A program made the translations under genes and the position numbers. Below are positions 23,601-36,900 of a stretch of 64,000 bases of DNA, one piece after another. Every line of letters begins with the position of its first letter. The first letter of the stretch is position 1. Source of the DNA: Bugula neritina (lineage: Eukaryota; Animalia; Bryozoa). The stretch covers positions 19,575,700 to 19,639,699 of the forward strand of contig OZ037768.1 of assembly GCA_964035545.1 (NCBI GenBank), given 5' to 3'. The notes below the pieces were generated by a model, which saw nothing but the letters and a program-made list of their open reading frames with translations, had not been told where the DNA came from and ran no database searches.

Positions 23601-26600
23601 CTATGATGTGGGTTCTTCCTGATGTAGAGCGGTAAGCTCCTTTTCCTCAACAAACCAAGAGAGGGCGCTATCTACCACCACCGAGTTTGCCGTGTTGATG
23701 AGTTTGTTCTCCTCGGACTCGTCATCTTCTATACTCGCATCAGCTACTGTCTCCCCATCTCTGGAAGACTCATCTGTCTTGCGCCTCTTTGGTGGTCTAT
23801 CTTCACCCTGTAATCATTGTTCATTGCTAATCTTGAGTGATCTATTAAAATAACTAACTACATAACATGAGAATCAAGGTGATATAAACTCAGTAATTTT
23901 ATAGTCCTATCCCTGCGAGAAAACCCCTGATGGAAAGGGTTTTTGTTCAATCGAGCTAAGGACTTATTCATATACACATGTGGCACAGGAGCAATTATGA
24001 CTGGATGCTCTTCCGAAAATCACTAATGGCCTTTGTGGGGTTGAAACCCATGACGTTGTGCTTACTAGGCCAACGCTTTAACCCCTAGACCACATCTGCT
24101 CCATTAGCTGATAGACAAGGAGTATAATTATATTGGTGGTTGTGTGCCATGTGGCAGAGGAAACGAAAAGCTGTTACTGCCCCAAAACTGTACACACTTG
24201 TTTGAAAAACTTTTACTTAGTTACTAGCTATTAGTGTGGTTCCAGAGGCAAGCAGTTCTATAGAGAAACTCTATTTACCACAACAGACCAAACTTTCACA
24301 AAAATAATTATTTTAAACATCAGAGAAATAATATCTCCTTTTCAATCAACACAGAGAAACAAACCATCGAGATACTGATAGCTTACGTTTTCTACATCAG
24401 CCTCAAAAGTTAGTTCAGCAATATGGCTGCCCTCGGCCTCATTTTGAGTCTCTGACTCTACATCTACCATGTCTACGCCTGCCGGGCCTTCTACAACTTC
24501 TGCTTTTATTGATAACGCATCGTCATTAGAGGCGGGGATTATTGGATAGTCAGTGGGTATGGTAGCATCTCCCGCACTACCTGTAATATAAACACAGTTC
24601 ATGTCTCTTTAGCATCTAAACTACAGCAATATATGATCTCATTCTGCAAATATGAGAGTGACATGTATAGGTGAATAACTTCTTACAAGGCAGCAAGATT
24701 CCATAAAAGAACAATGCAAAAATTATAGTAATTGTAATTTATGTAACTACACAATATCGCGATGCCATGGTTTTCTCTCTTGAGACCCTAAATTGTTAAT
24801 CAACTGTAAATAAAATATTATGACTAATGTCATTTAACTTAATGGCTCTATCCTTTTAAAGGTCACCTGTCATATAGCACTGTTTCGTAACAACAGGATG
24901 CCTGAGAGTTATTAATTATAATACACACAATGCTTTTTACTCAGTAAACTTTTATTTCAAAACTGAGAAATAAAAGAAAAAAGAAGCGCATCACATGTAT
25001 TTATGCCAAGTACAATATTTAAGCGTCAGTTTTTCACAGCATAAAAGATGTTGGATGGCAGAAGATCTTTAATGATGTTATATCCCTACACTGAATTTCA
25101 AAGAAGCCATTGTTATGACAGCAAGCTGCTCTTGCAAAGAATACAATATCTCCACAGCTTTGTGCAGTCAGCTACAACCACTACACATGACAGCAACAGC
25201 AGTAGTGGTTAAATTTTCATGAGCAAACAACTGCTTAGGTTGTGTACAATAATTACCACTGGGATTAGTTCAAGGGGGGACAACACCAAACACTTTCAAT
25301 GCCTATTCGGTACAAATTAGATAGTCAAGCCAATAGTTTTAAAAGATACAGCTAGGCACTGACATAAAACTCGTACTTGCAAAGGGGTTGGGCTGTGAAG
25401 GAAGAGCTGCCATGGTAGGCAAACCTCCAGTTAGATCTTCACCGAGTCTTTCCGTACACTTTATTTGATGTTTCCTCCAATTAGAAGCATCAGTAAATCT
25501 CTTGCCGCAGCATTGGCAGGCATGTGGCTTTATACCCAGGTGGCTCATGTAATGAGACTCTAGAGATGACCTTGTCTACCAGAATATAGCACAATCGTAG
25601 AGGTCATTGGTATATGAGTACACATTCATGATTATCTATTTTTATTTCATCAATAAGTGTAATGAAAAAGTAGATAATATGGGGTGTCAGCCAAAAGGAG
25701 GTAATGATGAGGTCCATTAATTCGCCAACAGCAATGCTAGCGGAAGTGAATTTTTGGGAGATCTTACAAACTACTCAATAAATAATGCTTTGTAACACAA
25801 TGAATTCATTAAAATCAGCAAATCTGATTCCCGACTGAGTGAAGCTCACCTGAACCAGCTTGGCGCAGATCACGCAGCTGTACATGGTGGTCTGTCGGCC
25901 ATTCTCGTCCAGCACCTTCATGCTGTGAGCCGTGGAGGCCATCTGCTTGTAGTTGTTGACTGATATCGGCAGCTCGAGGCTGTTGCCGGAGCTACTCTTA
26001 CCAGAGGAGTCGTTGCTAGCAGCTCCAGCAGTGGGTGCTCCTGGAGAAGCAAGGGCTATGGCGTTGGTACCGGAGCGGCACATGCGCTCGTGTCTCAGTC
26101 TACAAACAGGAAATACACGGAGGAACAGCTCACAATATTATAGTGATACGTCTAGACTAGATTCCACAATAAAACTTCTATTGAGTTAATGAATACCTGT
26201 TGGCATTGTCCGCATACGGCTTCTTGCACCTCCTACAGCTAAACACTAGAGTAGTAGGAGCTGACTGACCGCTCAGGCCAGAACCCAGAGGACGACCGAC
26301 CCGCATTGACCCAGGCTATGCAGGAAGAACCAAAGAGTATAACAGTGAACAGAGTTGATAGCATTCTCACAGCTGCAGCATATTGACTAACAAAATGAAA
26401 CAAATGAATTTTAACCAAAGAAATATTATATTATATTTAGCTGCCACATGCTACCAAGGAGGTGCTCGTGATACAATCTCACCTTGCACACCCTTTCATG
26501 CTTATTCCTGTTACTCATATGACTGAATTCCTTATTGCAGAATCGGCAGTTATAAGTTCGGTAAACTCTGGTGCCATCCTCATCGCCTGGCCTGCCACCA

Positions 26601-28211
26601 TCCTACAGAGTAATACTAATAAACTTGTTGGGACTTTACATAAGCTGGGAAAGCTTTTCCCTAATGCATAATAGCTTTTCACATGTCATCTCAGCTATAT
26701 TTTGCTTTTTCCACATTCATCACAGCTACTACACAAAAGCTAACCCTTTTCACTACTATAAAAACTCAGCAGTTTTCTTACTTATCCAGACTTGTATCTC
26801 ACACTTGTAACTTGCAACTTATAGCTTATGATATAACCTTTTTCACATTGCTCTTTTCTTTCAGTCTGCCACAATAAATATTTACATCATTCACTTAAAA
26901 CACAACAACATTTTTATTATGGCTACATTAATAATATGGCCACACTACTAGAATATCTGACTATAGTCTATAGCACCATAATATATGACTCTATTATATG
27001 AATATATGACTACATTATCTGAATATATGACTCTATTATATGAATATATGACTACAATACGATAATATGTGATTGCACTACCAGAGCATACGACAGGCAC
27101 ACATACTTTTCTGACAACATATTTGTATATGTTGGAAATCATAGACAGTTCAAACATTTACTTGCAAGCACTAAATTTATAGGAATAGTAGAAATGTAAG
27201 TTTACACCTGACTGCCCACAAGGTGGTGGCTAACCTGATGCCTGGAAAGGTGGATGTTCAGCTGGAAGATTTTACTGAAGGTTTTACTGCAGAGAGGGCA
27301 CTTGAGAGGGGCCGAACTCCCCGGGGGTTGGGGGGTGACTAGAGGTAGCAGGGCAGCTGGGGAAGGCTTCTCTGTGACTGGTGACGGCATCTCACCTGAT
27401 GGTAAGGCCCATTGCTGAGCAGGCTCTGCACAGAAACACAGGCACTATAACAAGTCGGCTGTATTTACTATATCCAACCAGGTGTATTCAATATAACCAA
27501 TCAGAGCTATTCACTATAACCAATCAGCTTTATTCACTGCATCCAATCATATTGATTTACAGTACAGTAATATTTAAGCATTAAATACGAAACTAGTTTC
27601 CAGTTTCAAGCCCACATGTAAACAACACCGATTTAAAACTTATATAATGTTTCCACAACAAATCTACTGGTAATGTGTTCAGAACTATTCATACTTGAAA
27701 GTCCAAGAGCATGATAACTGAAAATAAAATCAAATAGTATTATATAGCATATTGAGAGATTACCTCCAGCATTAGAGAGTGAATGTAGCCTCTGGGTTGC
27801 TGAGTGCACCTCATCATCTATATGACTCTTAGAATGTGCAGTCAAGTCTTCCAAACTATCAAACTTCCTGTCACATTTACTGCAGGGAAAGGATGTCGGA
27901 GAAACCTGAGACGGGTCCAAACGTGAAGGGCCAAACGTCATGGACCTACCAACGCTGGGCTTAACCGCCACCATAAACCGACCCTGAATCTCATGAACTA
28001 AGTCAGTTATGCTGAAACAAGCAGAGTTGCAGGTTGAAATTAGGCAACAATGAGACTAAACTAGCAGAGAGAAATTGTGTACTAGCTGTGGACAAATTAA
28101 CATTCATAACACTGGTACATACCACATGATAGTGTCTGTGATTAGAGTTACATTTCTCGTACTGACTGCTGCAGCCAGCATGACATGGGCATCATCAGCT
28201 ATTAAAGCCAT
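23601..28211 (-). CDS. Zinc-finger transcription factor with six dispersed fingers (3 C2H2, 3 C2HC), acidic C-terminus and NLS
   Basis: Exons 28211-28123, 28011-27764, 27425-27235, 26602-26483, 26315-26197, 26099-25850, 25575-25425 (or to 25377), 24580-24387, 23807-23601 join in frame. Fingers: CSKC..HSKSH, CPLC..HLSRH, CRFC..HERVC, CRRC..HERMC, CVIC..HYMSH, CQCC..HQIKC. PPKRRK is NLS-like. The start is uncertain because the frame stays open to the acceptor at 28238. Confidence 0.85.
23900..24102 (-). mobile_element. tRNA-derived SINE with a V-domain-like core, in the last intron of the zinc-finger gene
   Basis: Minus strand reads GGAGCAGATGTGGTCTAGGGGTTAAAGCG (A box)...GGGTTTCAACCC (B box)...GGAAGAGCATCCAGTCATAA. 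Confidence 0.72.
26981..27056. repeat. Short tandem repeat (about 20-21 bp unit, AATATATGACT core, 4 copies)
   Basis: (A)ATATATGACT recurs at about 26981, 27001, 27022 and 27043. Confidence 0.75.
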
Positions 28212-30549
28212 GGTACCAATGGTGCACTTGTCTATCAGCTAACAAAACAGAACTTCGTAGGCACCAGGTGCACTAATGCATTCTATCTATAAAAAAACAT
28301 AGAGTGAGATTGTTATCAAATTTTTGCAGCATTCTCTCATGTTGAATTACTAAATATCTATCAGCGGCCATATATTCATACTTTAGTGTAAGTTAAACCA
28401 ATAGAACATTCAGATTTAAATGATTTTGATGGGAGTTATATTTTAAGTTAAGACCCCAATAGTTAGCTATGGGTCATGATTTGAATTAAGCTACCCAACT
28501 GTAAAAAGGAGAAAGAATACTGAGACAGAAAACATGCCAACTAGTAACACAGATGTAACATGTATACTATGCAAAAATGCTGAGTTTGCAGTTTTTAATG
28601 AGCTAGACTATTATCTTCCAGGTATGCATGGATTTGGTTAAAAAACACTATGTGATTACTAGCGCTTATTTTTGTGTTATTTATCATAGCTACATACTTT
28701 TGGTATTCCCATATTCTAGTGATTTATAATTTCAATAAACCAATTTTGAAGGTGCTGTATTTTATACTTTTATGAAAAAGTTGTGCTCTATTTGGCACAA
28801 TGTTATCAATCAAAAGTTTAGATGTGTAATCATAAAACTGAAAGTTAATAATCAAATTTAAATCATACAATTTTATCTGACATAAAAAAAGATGATAGAA
28901 AAATCAAAAATTCTAGTCCAAAAATGATTGAGGCAAACAGATAAAGCAATAAAATCTAAAATGGTGTGCTGCTGGTTAACAAACGTTTTTGATAATCAAT
29001 GAGTTAATGTATAGATTAAATCAAGTTTGAAAGTTGATTCAAAACTTTTTTAATCAAATGTTGAATTGTCCCTCTACTTCTTTTCTTATCTCAATCATTT
29101 GCAGAAATTTCATAGACACTTTTAATCATTATTCCTATCTATAAAGACATTATGACCATGATAATGAATTATCGTTAGGTGAAAATAAGTTAAAACATCA
29201 AAATTAATGAGTAAAATTGAATCACAAATTAGATCAATTTTGAAGACTAATCATTGCCAACACCAATCAACTATTTTTATGCATGTAAAATATGAATACC
29301 ATTATTTGTATCGACAATAACTAGTACCATAAGTACTTCAGTTTAACATTACAAATCACCACAATACTGACTATAACCACCACTACAACTATCAGTATTC
29401 CCATGTTTATTTAATGCTTAATCTCTAGACCCACCAGGAGATCTAAATGCCTCTCAATGACCTGGACTAGATTATATTTATAAATACTTACAAAAATAAT
29501 AAACTTGATTCCTAAAGCATTAAATACATCATAACAGGTAAAAATCTTTGTTTTATACATTGCAGTTTGTTTTTTGCTATTACTCAGCATTTATGCAGGT
29601 GATCTTTTAACACACAGATATGTATTGACACACACACACGCACACACTGAAATTCTGTTTTTAAATGTGTTCATGGATTTTTTTTCCATAAAATCTCAAA
29701 ACAACTGCTACACAATGCTTTATGTAATAACAGCAAATTACATTAGTATTACTATTACCAACATTAATAGGTAATACTAATAGTAATACTAAATCTAATA
29801 CTAATAGAGATTCTAATGCATTTTATTAAATTAAATTTAACGATTTAATCATTTAATTTTACAGTTAAAATGATAGCTTAAGTTACAATAACTTACAACT
29901 AATTTTACTTTGACAAGTTATAACTATAAGAGAACACAGACTAACAATATCATTTTTAATATGCATAACTGATTGGTTAATAGCTATAAGATTAAGTATA
30001 CCAATTTTCAATCTTAGCTTTGCATTTTGATTGATTAAACTAATGAATCATTGACTCTCAATGCTCTATAGCCGTAGACAGTATAAAAAATCAATTGTGC
30101 ATGACTATGATACTCACTATGGTGTGACTATAGTTACACTAGTAATACTAATACTAATAGTAATGGTAATGCCACTGGTATTACTATTACTATTAGTCTA
30201 GGTAGCAGGATATATTAACCTGACACTGACAGAGTGAGAGTATAGGTACCGACACGGGTATCAGTATCACTACAATGCTCAGTATGAGTATGACTATGAG
30301 TATAATAATGATACTGAAAGTGACTTTGAGTATCAATGAAGTATCATAATCATAATGATAAAGAAAATCAGTCATCATATTCAGTGTTGGCCATTAAATT
30401 TAATTTTAAACTTAGTCATTAGTCACTCACTCAGTCACTACGATTATGAGCAAATTTAAGTTAAAGTAAAAACGTGGCACCAAGTCTAATTAAAAGCAAA
30501 ACTACAAAAATTGAAAGTAAAGTTAAACTTTAACTTTAAGTTTAAGTTG

Positions 30550-31270
30550 AAGTTCAAGTTAAACTTTAACTTCAACTTGAACTGAAGTTTCGTAAACGGT
30601 AAATTTTAATTAAGTTTAAAATCTTGATTTGTTTTACTAAATCTAAAAGTAAAACGGAAGCTAGTAAGAAAAAATAACTAATAATCATGGCTTTCGTATT
30701 TATATTATGTGATACTAATATTTAGATATTCCGATTCAGTTTTTTATTACATTTTGATTTACTTGCAGTGGTGTACTCGTATTCGGTATTCATATTGGAG
30801 TTGATATTTACATTCACTGATTCAGGTCTCTTTTTATCAACTCGGTTAAAACTTGGCTTTTATTAAGTTTATTAATGATAAAAATTGGATGGGCAAATGA
30901 CCCACCCGTACAATCTTTGTAAGCTGCTGGTTTTTAGTGCCAAAGGACGATATCAAAATGGCGACCTTTAAAGGTCAGTACTTTGTTGCGGCGTGATTGA
31001 TATCATTCATTGCAGAGCAAACCTCCCTATGCCCGTAAGCTTCTCCTATATAACAAACCTGAACTGTGAAGTTAAAATGGTATTTGCAAGCTTTACTCAA
31101 TTGAAAAAATGATCTGCTAAAACTAACCTAACCGTAACCATCGCGATTGAAATGGCGTATACGGTTTATGATTTAACTTAATTGATTTCATAATTAAAAT
31201 TGAATTCATTTTCAATAATTTTCGGCAAAAGTATACGACTTGTGAACACGGCCACTCAGTTTACTTTGCC
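30550..31270. promoter_or_regulatory. Probable bidirectional promoter for the zinc-finger gene (-) and GFER (+)
   Basis: Local CpG enrichment between divergent genes; YY1-like AAAATGGCG (about 30955) and AAATGGCG (about 31150); donor-like AAG|GTCAGT at 30972. Confidence 0.5.
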
Positions 31271-32468
31271 CTTTTTTTTCATTGTAATAAAATTTTATAT
31301 TGCAACTATAATTATTTTGACTATGATCATCACTTTATAAAAATTTGTAATGATGATGAAATTCAAATTCAAGTACTGATACTGATAGTGATACTCATAC
31401 TGATAGCCAACACAGATACTAATAGCAATAGACAATAATGAATAATAATATTAATAGCTATAGTTAAGATTAATGGCTTATGCAATAAATATAATAATAA
31501 TGCTTAGCTTATGGTTTTCACTTTAACCTTAGATGTAATTGTATTACTATATTATTATTAGTATTATTAACTTAATAAACTAGTACTAATAGACATAGTA
31601 ATATTTATATTATTGATAGCATTAGTATAACTATAAATCTATAACTATTACTACTACTACTAGTAGTAGTAATACTAATACTATTAGTATTAGTATTATT
31701 ATTAACCTTTACCTTGTTAGACTTATAGCTTATACTTGTATATTGTGAATTGCCAGGTGCCATTACTGTTGTCTGTTAGACTTGATATTACACCTAGTTT
31801 TATGACTTACTCTTAGTAAGTGAAACTGACTTAGTTTTATGGTCGCTCTTGCTCATAACTGCTTAGTCGGGAACAGTGTCTTTGCTTGAAGAGTTTCGTT
31901 ATTAGACTTCCCACTATATTCTCGAAATGTAGTGTTATGGTTATTTAAATAAGAATGGTAATTATATTGAAATAACCAACAGAATTATTTAGGTGGGTTT
32001 TCCTGTTGCCCATTATAGATTACTCATATTGATACATATGATCATAATGATAGTCTTTGGTGCGACTTTCATGTTGAGCTTTTATGTTGTAAGATTAGTA
32101 AAACCCATCAGTTTTACTGTTGAATGAGGAGTTTCTATCTTTCTACATGTGCATTCTAGTTCCTTCAATTTCAGGATCAATATTTATAATAGGCTCAGTA
32201 ATGTAGAAACTTCAGACTTGGTATCTATCAAGAATTTTAATCATTTATCATTAACTAGTAAAATTTTTTTCATTGGGGTACCAACAGGGTGATTGTTAAT
32301 CTCGGAAATTTTTTTACCATACCTCAGCTTTAGACAGTCTCTAACGCTTAACCCTTCTCTGTTGGCATATTTATTTCTGCTATAGCTTTTTCAGAACAAG
32401 CAATGAATCTTACAGAATTAATTTGTCATTTTATACCTTCAAGTGTTATTTGACAGGTTTTTGCTGCT

Positions 32469-33945
32469 ATGAACAACCCAAATAAGGACCAGAGCTCAAA
32501 CGCAGCTGGCGATATTTTCCAGGCATCAAAAAAACCCTGTCGATCTTGCGTTGACTTCAAATCCTGGATGAAAAGTCAAAATAAAGCTACTACTATTGAA
32601 TCTAGTGTGAGAGTCTATCTTCACTTCTAAAGCTAAAATACTTTGCTATCTCATGAAATCCATGTGTAGTTCTTCCAAATTAATCTTAATTTCAATGCAA
32701 TCTAGAGTTTATATTCAAAGAATTGAATTTTCTACTCGTTCTCATTCATTCTTGTTATTTTGTTAATATTTGGAGATTTTACTGTAATTACCCAGTGATA
32801 TACTAGACTAGAGACAATTGAGTCAAAAAATGGCGTCTTTCTAGAATTTTATACTGTTTGCATTTGCACATTGAAATTTTCTTGTGTGTAGACCAAGCAG
32901 AAGCCGGAAACTACAGCACATGAGTGCCCACTTGATATTAATGAACTGGGGAGGAATACATGGGGTCTATTACACACCATAGCAGCCAATTACCCTGACC
33001 AACCCACAACTGATGATCAGCATCGGGTCAAACAGTTTCTCTCTACTTTTTCATTCCTATATCCCTGCGAAATGTGTGCTTATGACTTTAGAAAAAGGTA
33101 ACTGTGTTCTGTGTATTAACTATTAGCTATTATCTGCCTAATATTTTGTATTAGTTTTATTTCGAAATGTGAAATTTCTTTGTTAGATGGTTCTCCTATT
33201 TATATTTTAAACAGTTAGATTGCTCAATCACTACATGGCTCAAAGGATTCTTTTCAATATATAGGAGTGCAAGCTTAAGCAGTAATCGCTCATTATCATG
33301 TAGTTCTTCTAATGAATATAAATAATAATAATTTTGCTTTTTGCTATGTAAATTTTTTTGTTATTTGCAGTTTAAAATACTAATAGCTGATTTTCAATCA
33401 ATTTGATTTTTTAAAGTCTTAGTAAGCCCTAAGTAGTCCACGTGAAGTACTAATAGATGGCAAGTTTTGGGAGAAATTATGACTTATTTTACAAAACTTT
33501 CTATCAAGTTTTTGTAGTTGGTTATGTAGCATTACAGATTAAAATTTGCAAGTTTTGGCAATATGTGTTTCCTTTTGTTAAAAGTATTTTTCTCCTAAAA
33601 TATTTGCATGTACCTAAACGTGAAGACAGCTTCAAATATTTTCAATGAATGAAATGCAATGAAGGTTTCAAAGTGTAGGCATCGTATTTTTATAATAATT
33701 ATGTAAAGGTTCGAAGTATTCCTAATTGTTGTAGAAATTACCATAAATTGTAAATATTGGACTCGCTAGTATATGTTTGTAGAATGCACAAAGAACCCCC
33801 TCTAACGGACAGCCAAAGCAATCTTTCGCAGTGGATGTGTCGAATGCATAATCAGATTAATCAGATGTTAGGCAAAGAATTGTTTGACTGTAAGAAAGTA
33901 GATGAACGTTGGAGAGATGGTTGGAAAGATGGCAGCTGTGGATGA
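32469..33945 (+). CDS. GFER: FAD-linked sulfhydryl oxidase ALR/Erv1
   Basis: Exons 32469-32606, 32892-33097, 33783-33945: [13 protein letters not shown] (distal CxxC), [35 protein letters not shown] (redox CxxC), [33 protein letters not shown]. Confidence 0.96.
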
Positions 33946-36900
33946 TTCAATAAACTTTTGTAGAACCAAATTCAATGCATTCAGATTGAATACATAATCT
34001 ATGATCTATATTGTATGTGTTTATACTGTTCTGTTTGCATATGTTTTTATCTATTTTTATACACTTCAATGTGATGTCATGTATCTCTTTACCTGCTGCA
34101 AATACTAATCTATATACTATGACAACTACAGTAATCTTTTCTATAGCAGTTTTGATGCATAGACACGCACCAATGTTGTGTGTGCCTTATTCACTGCAGA
34201 GCATCATCTTCAACTAGTCAACTGCAACCTGACATACACAGAGCTGCTAGATGTGTAGAAGTATCAACAGGCATTGGCTAGTGGGGAGTCAACTCCTACT
34301 CTGTATATTACAGTTTGTTAAAAAAATTTATGATCAGCTGTAGTTTGCAATGCTATAGTGTGGCAAGTCATAGCCTGCATAGTGTTAGTGATGTTACACA
34401 AGTGCAAGATGACAATGTAGAAAAGATGGTAGTGTTATGATACTACAAAAACATAATATGCAAGGGGTATTTCTCACAAATCAATATGAATTGCGTCAAA
34501 AGTAAGGTGATGGAGCAGTTGAACTAGAAATTTAATATTCTAGTCCCTTTAATATGGCATGAATAAAAAAAAAATTGAATTTGTCAAATTTTTACAAAAT
34601 TATGTAAATTTCGGACAGAATATTTGGTATTGAAATAAACAAAATCTTTTTATAAATCTTAATTGATTGATTTTAAATCATCAAAACACACAATTTTTCC
34701 ATTTAGCTCAAAATTTCTGTAAAACTGTCATTTCTATTTTCCTTCCTATTAGCAGTAAATATGGGATATAGTCTACTTGCTAACTACAAGAAGATGAGAT
34801 AAAAATAATACCAAATCATAAGCTTTGAAAATACTTTGAAGATTTTTTTATATAAAATCTAGCCAATTTTTTTCCACGTTTCTATAAAATTTAGGATGGG
34901 TCCATCATCAAAATATAGAGCTTCTAGAACATAAATTTCAAAATGTGTTGATAGAATGCTATATTAGGCAAGACATAACTATATAATATGCAATGCTCCA
35001 CCAGCTGTCCAACGACTACTTTACATAATGATATATTAAAAATTATTTTTGAAATGGTTGTGGTTATCTTTCACCAGCGAATTAGTTATAAATGTTCTAA
35101 GGTAAACCTTATAGTTTTGTTAAGACAGTTACATGGTGTTTTTAATTTTAGACCAAGAGTCTTACAAAATTTGTTACGTAAAGTCAAAACTTTTTGACTT
35201 ATGAGACTCGATAGAATGTTGCTAGTTTCATTATAATTTTCTTTTTAGTCATTTAAAGCTTATATTTCAAACTGTACAGATGGGAATATTTTTTGATTAT
35301 TTTAGGTGACTATTGATTAGTTATTGCAAAACATGCAATCCAATACATTTTGCTATTCTTTTCTTTCTAGATATGTGCAAAAGACAGTTTTTAATATGTC
35401 CTTTCAGACACATGAATACATTTTGTGCGTTGAGCATTAAAGATATTTATATTTTTTATAATTATTTTTTACCACAATATCTATAGTAGTATCCAAGCAC
35501 AAATTTATCATCAGGTTCTATGCATAGTGTGCAATACTATTGTGAGTTATGTTCTCTTGAATACAACTTTATTTAAGAGGAAAACTCGTAATTATTTGCT
35601 ACTTAAAAGCTTGCTATGTGATGTGTTTCATTTGTGCAATATATTTTTTAAACCATACATTTTGACATATCCTGTTGGCTTTGGTATGATACTACTCTAG
35701 CGATTACATAAAATATACTGTTTAAAAAGTTACATACTAAAAAATTATATTTCACAATAGAAAAATGGCATAGATGTGGAGTTGCTTCCCTTTTGAATGT
35801 TGATCAATCATCCATTTAATTAGCACAATCTCTATATTTTGTTTGCATTGTAAATACGGCTGCCTGCCATATCTTCTTGTAAGAACACTCTAAACTAAGC
35901 AAACGATTAATTTCAACAATGAGTTTAAATTAAAAAGAAAACTTGAATCTAATTAATATTAGTGTAGTGTAATAAGTTACAAGTTTTATCTGGCTATACT
36001 CAAGTGCATATATTCCAGTAACTAGCAGTCAAATAATACGTCTCTCTACTCGTTTTGTGACTTAGCATTTACATAGGGAGGTGAAAAAGTTATTCACTGA
36101 TAGCTGCATGGTGATTAGATAAAATATGTGGAAATTTATAACAGTGGTTACTTTTCATTATACGTGAAGTTTCAAACAACAAAAGAAATTTCATAATTAG
36201 GTCCAAAATCTAACGTATGACATAAAATATATTGTCAAGACATGGCATAGTTTTCTCCGTTGTACAACTATGCAGGTAAAGTACAATCAACATTGTATGC
36301 AAGCTCCATGAGGGTGTGCAGCTAAGCAGTATTGCAGCTATCTTCACTCTCTAGACAAAACCAAAGAAGCTTTTACTGCATAAATCTGATGTCAAAGTTG
36401 TCGGCTAATTTCGAACAAATAACGGTATAAGATATCTAACCCAGCAGTGTCATCGGCTTTCTTGAGAAATCTAATTATTCTATGTCTCCCTTATTAACTA
36501 AGTATAAGAAGACATTGGCGCTGGTAAACTGTCAAATATTGCATAATTGCAAGTGATATTATGTATTTAATTGTTTTCATAAAATAGAGTATCTAAATTC
36601 ATCATTAAAGGCTATTGTAGTGCTTCATGAAAAGTAATGTGGATTAGTTGCTATTATTGCAGCAGTCAAACCCTGTTGTCTATTGAATTGAATCCACAAC
36701 AGTTGATTGCTTTAGACATGTTTCAAATACATTATATTATAATGCAACAGTATTCTAACATCTTTAGATGTAAGTGAATTTCTGCAATAATTGATACTTT
36801 TAAATTTTTGACTGAAGTAAAAAATTGTCTTCTCTTTGAAATATGACCTCTTGGAATTTATTTGTTAAAGTTTGTGTGATTTTGGGGAAGAATTTGTCAC

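Noticed and set aside
34450-35700. Possible degraded DNA-transposon remnant downstream of GFER
   Set aside because: The texture is suggestive, but I could not define TIRs, a TSD, a second copy or transposase residues.
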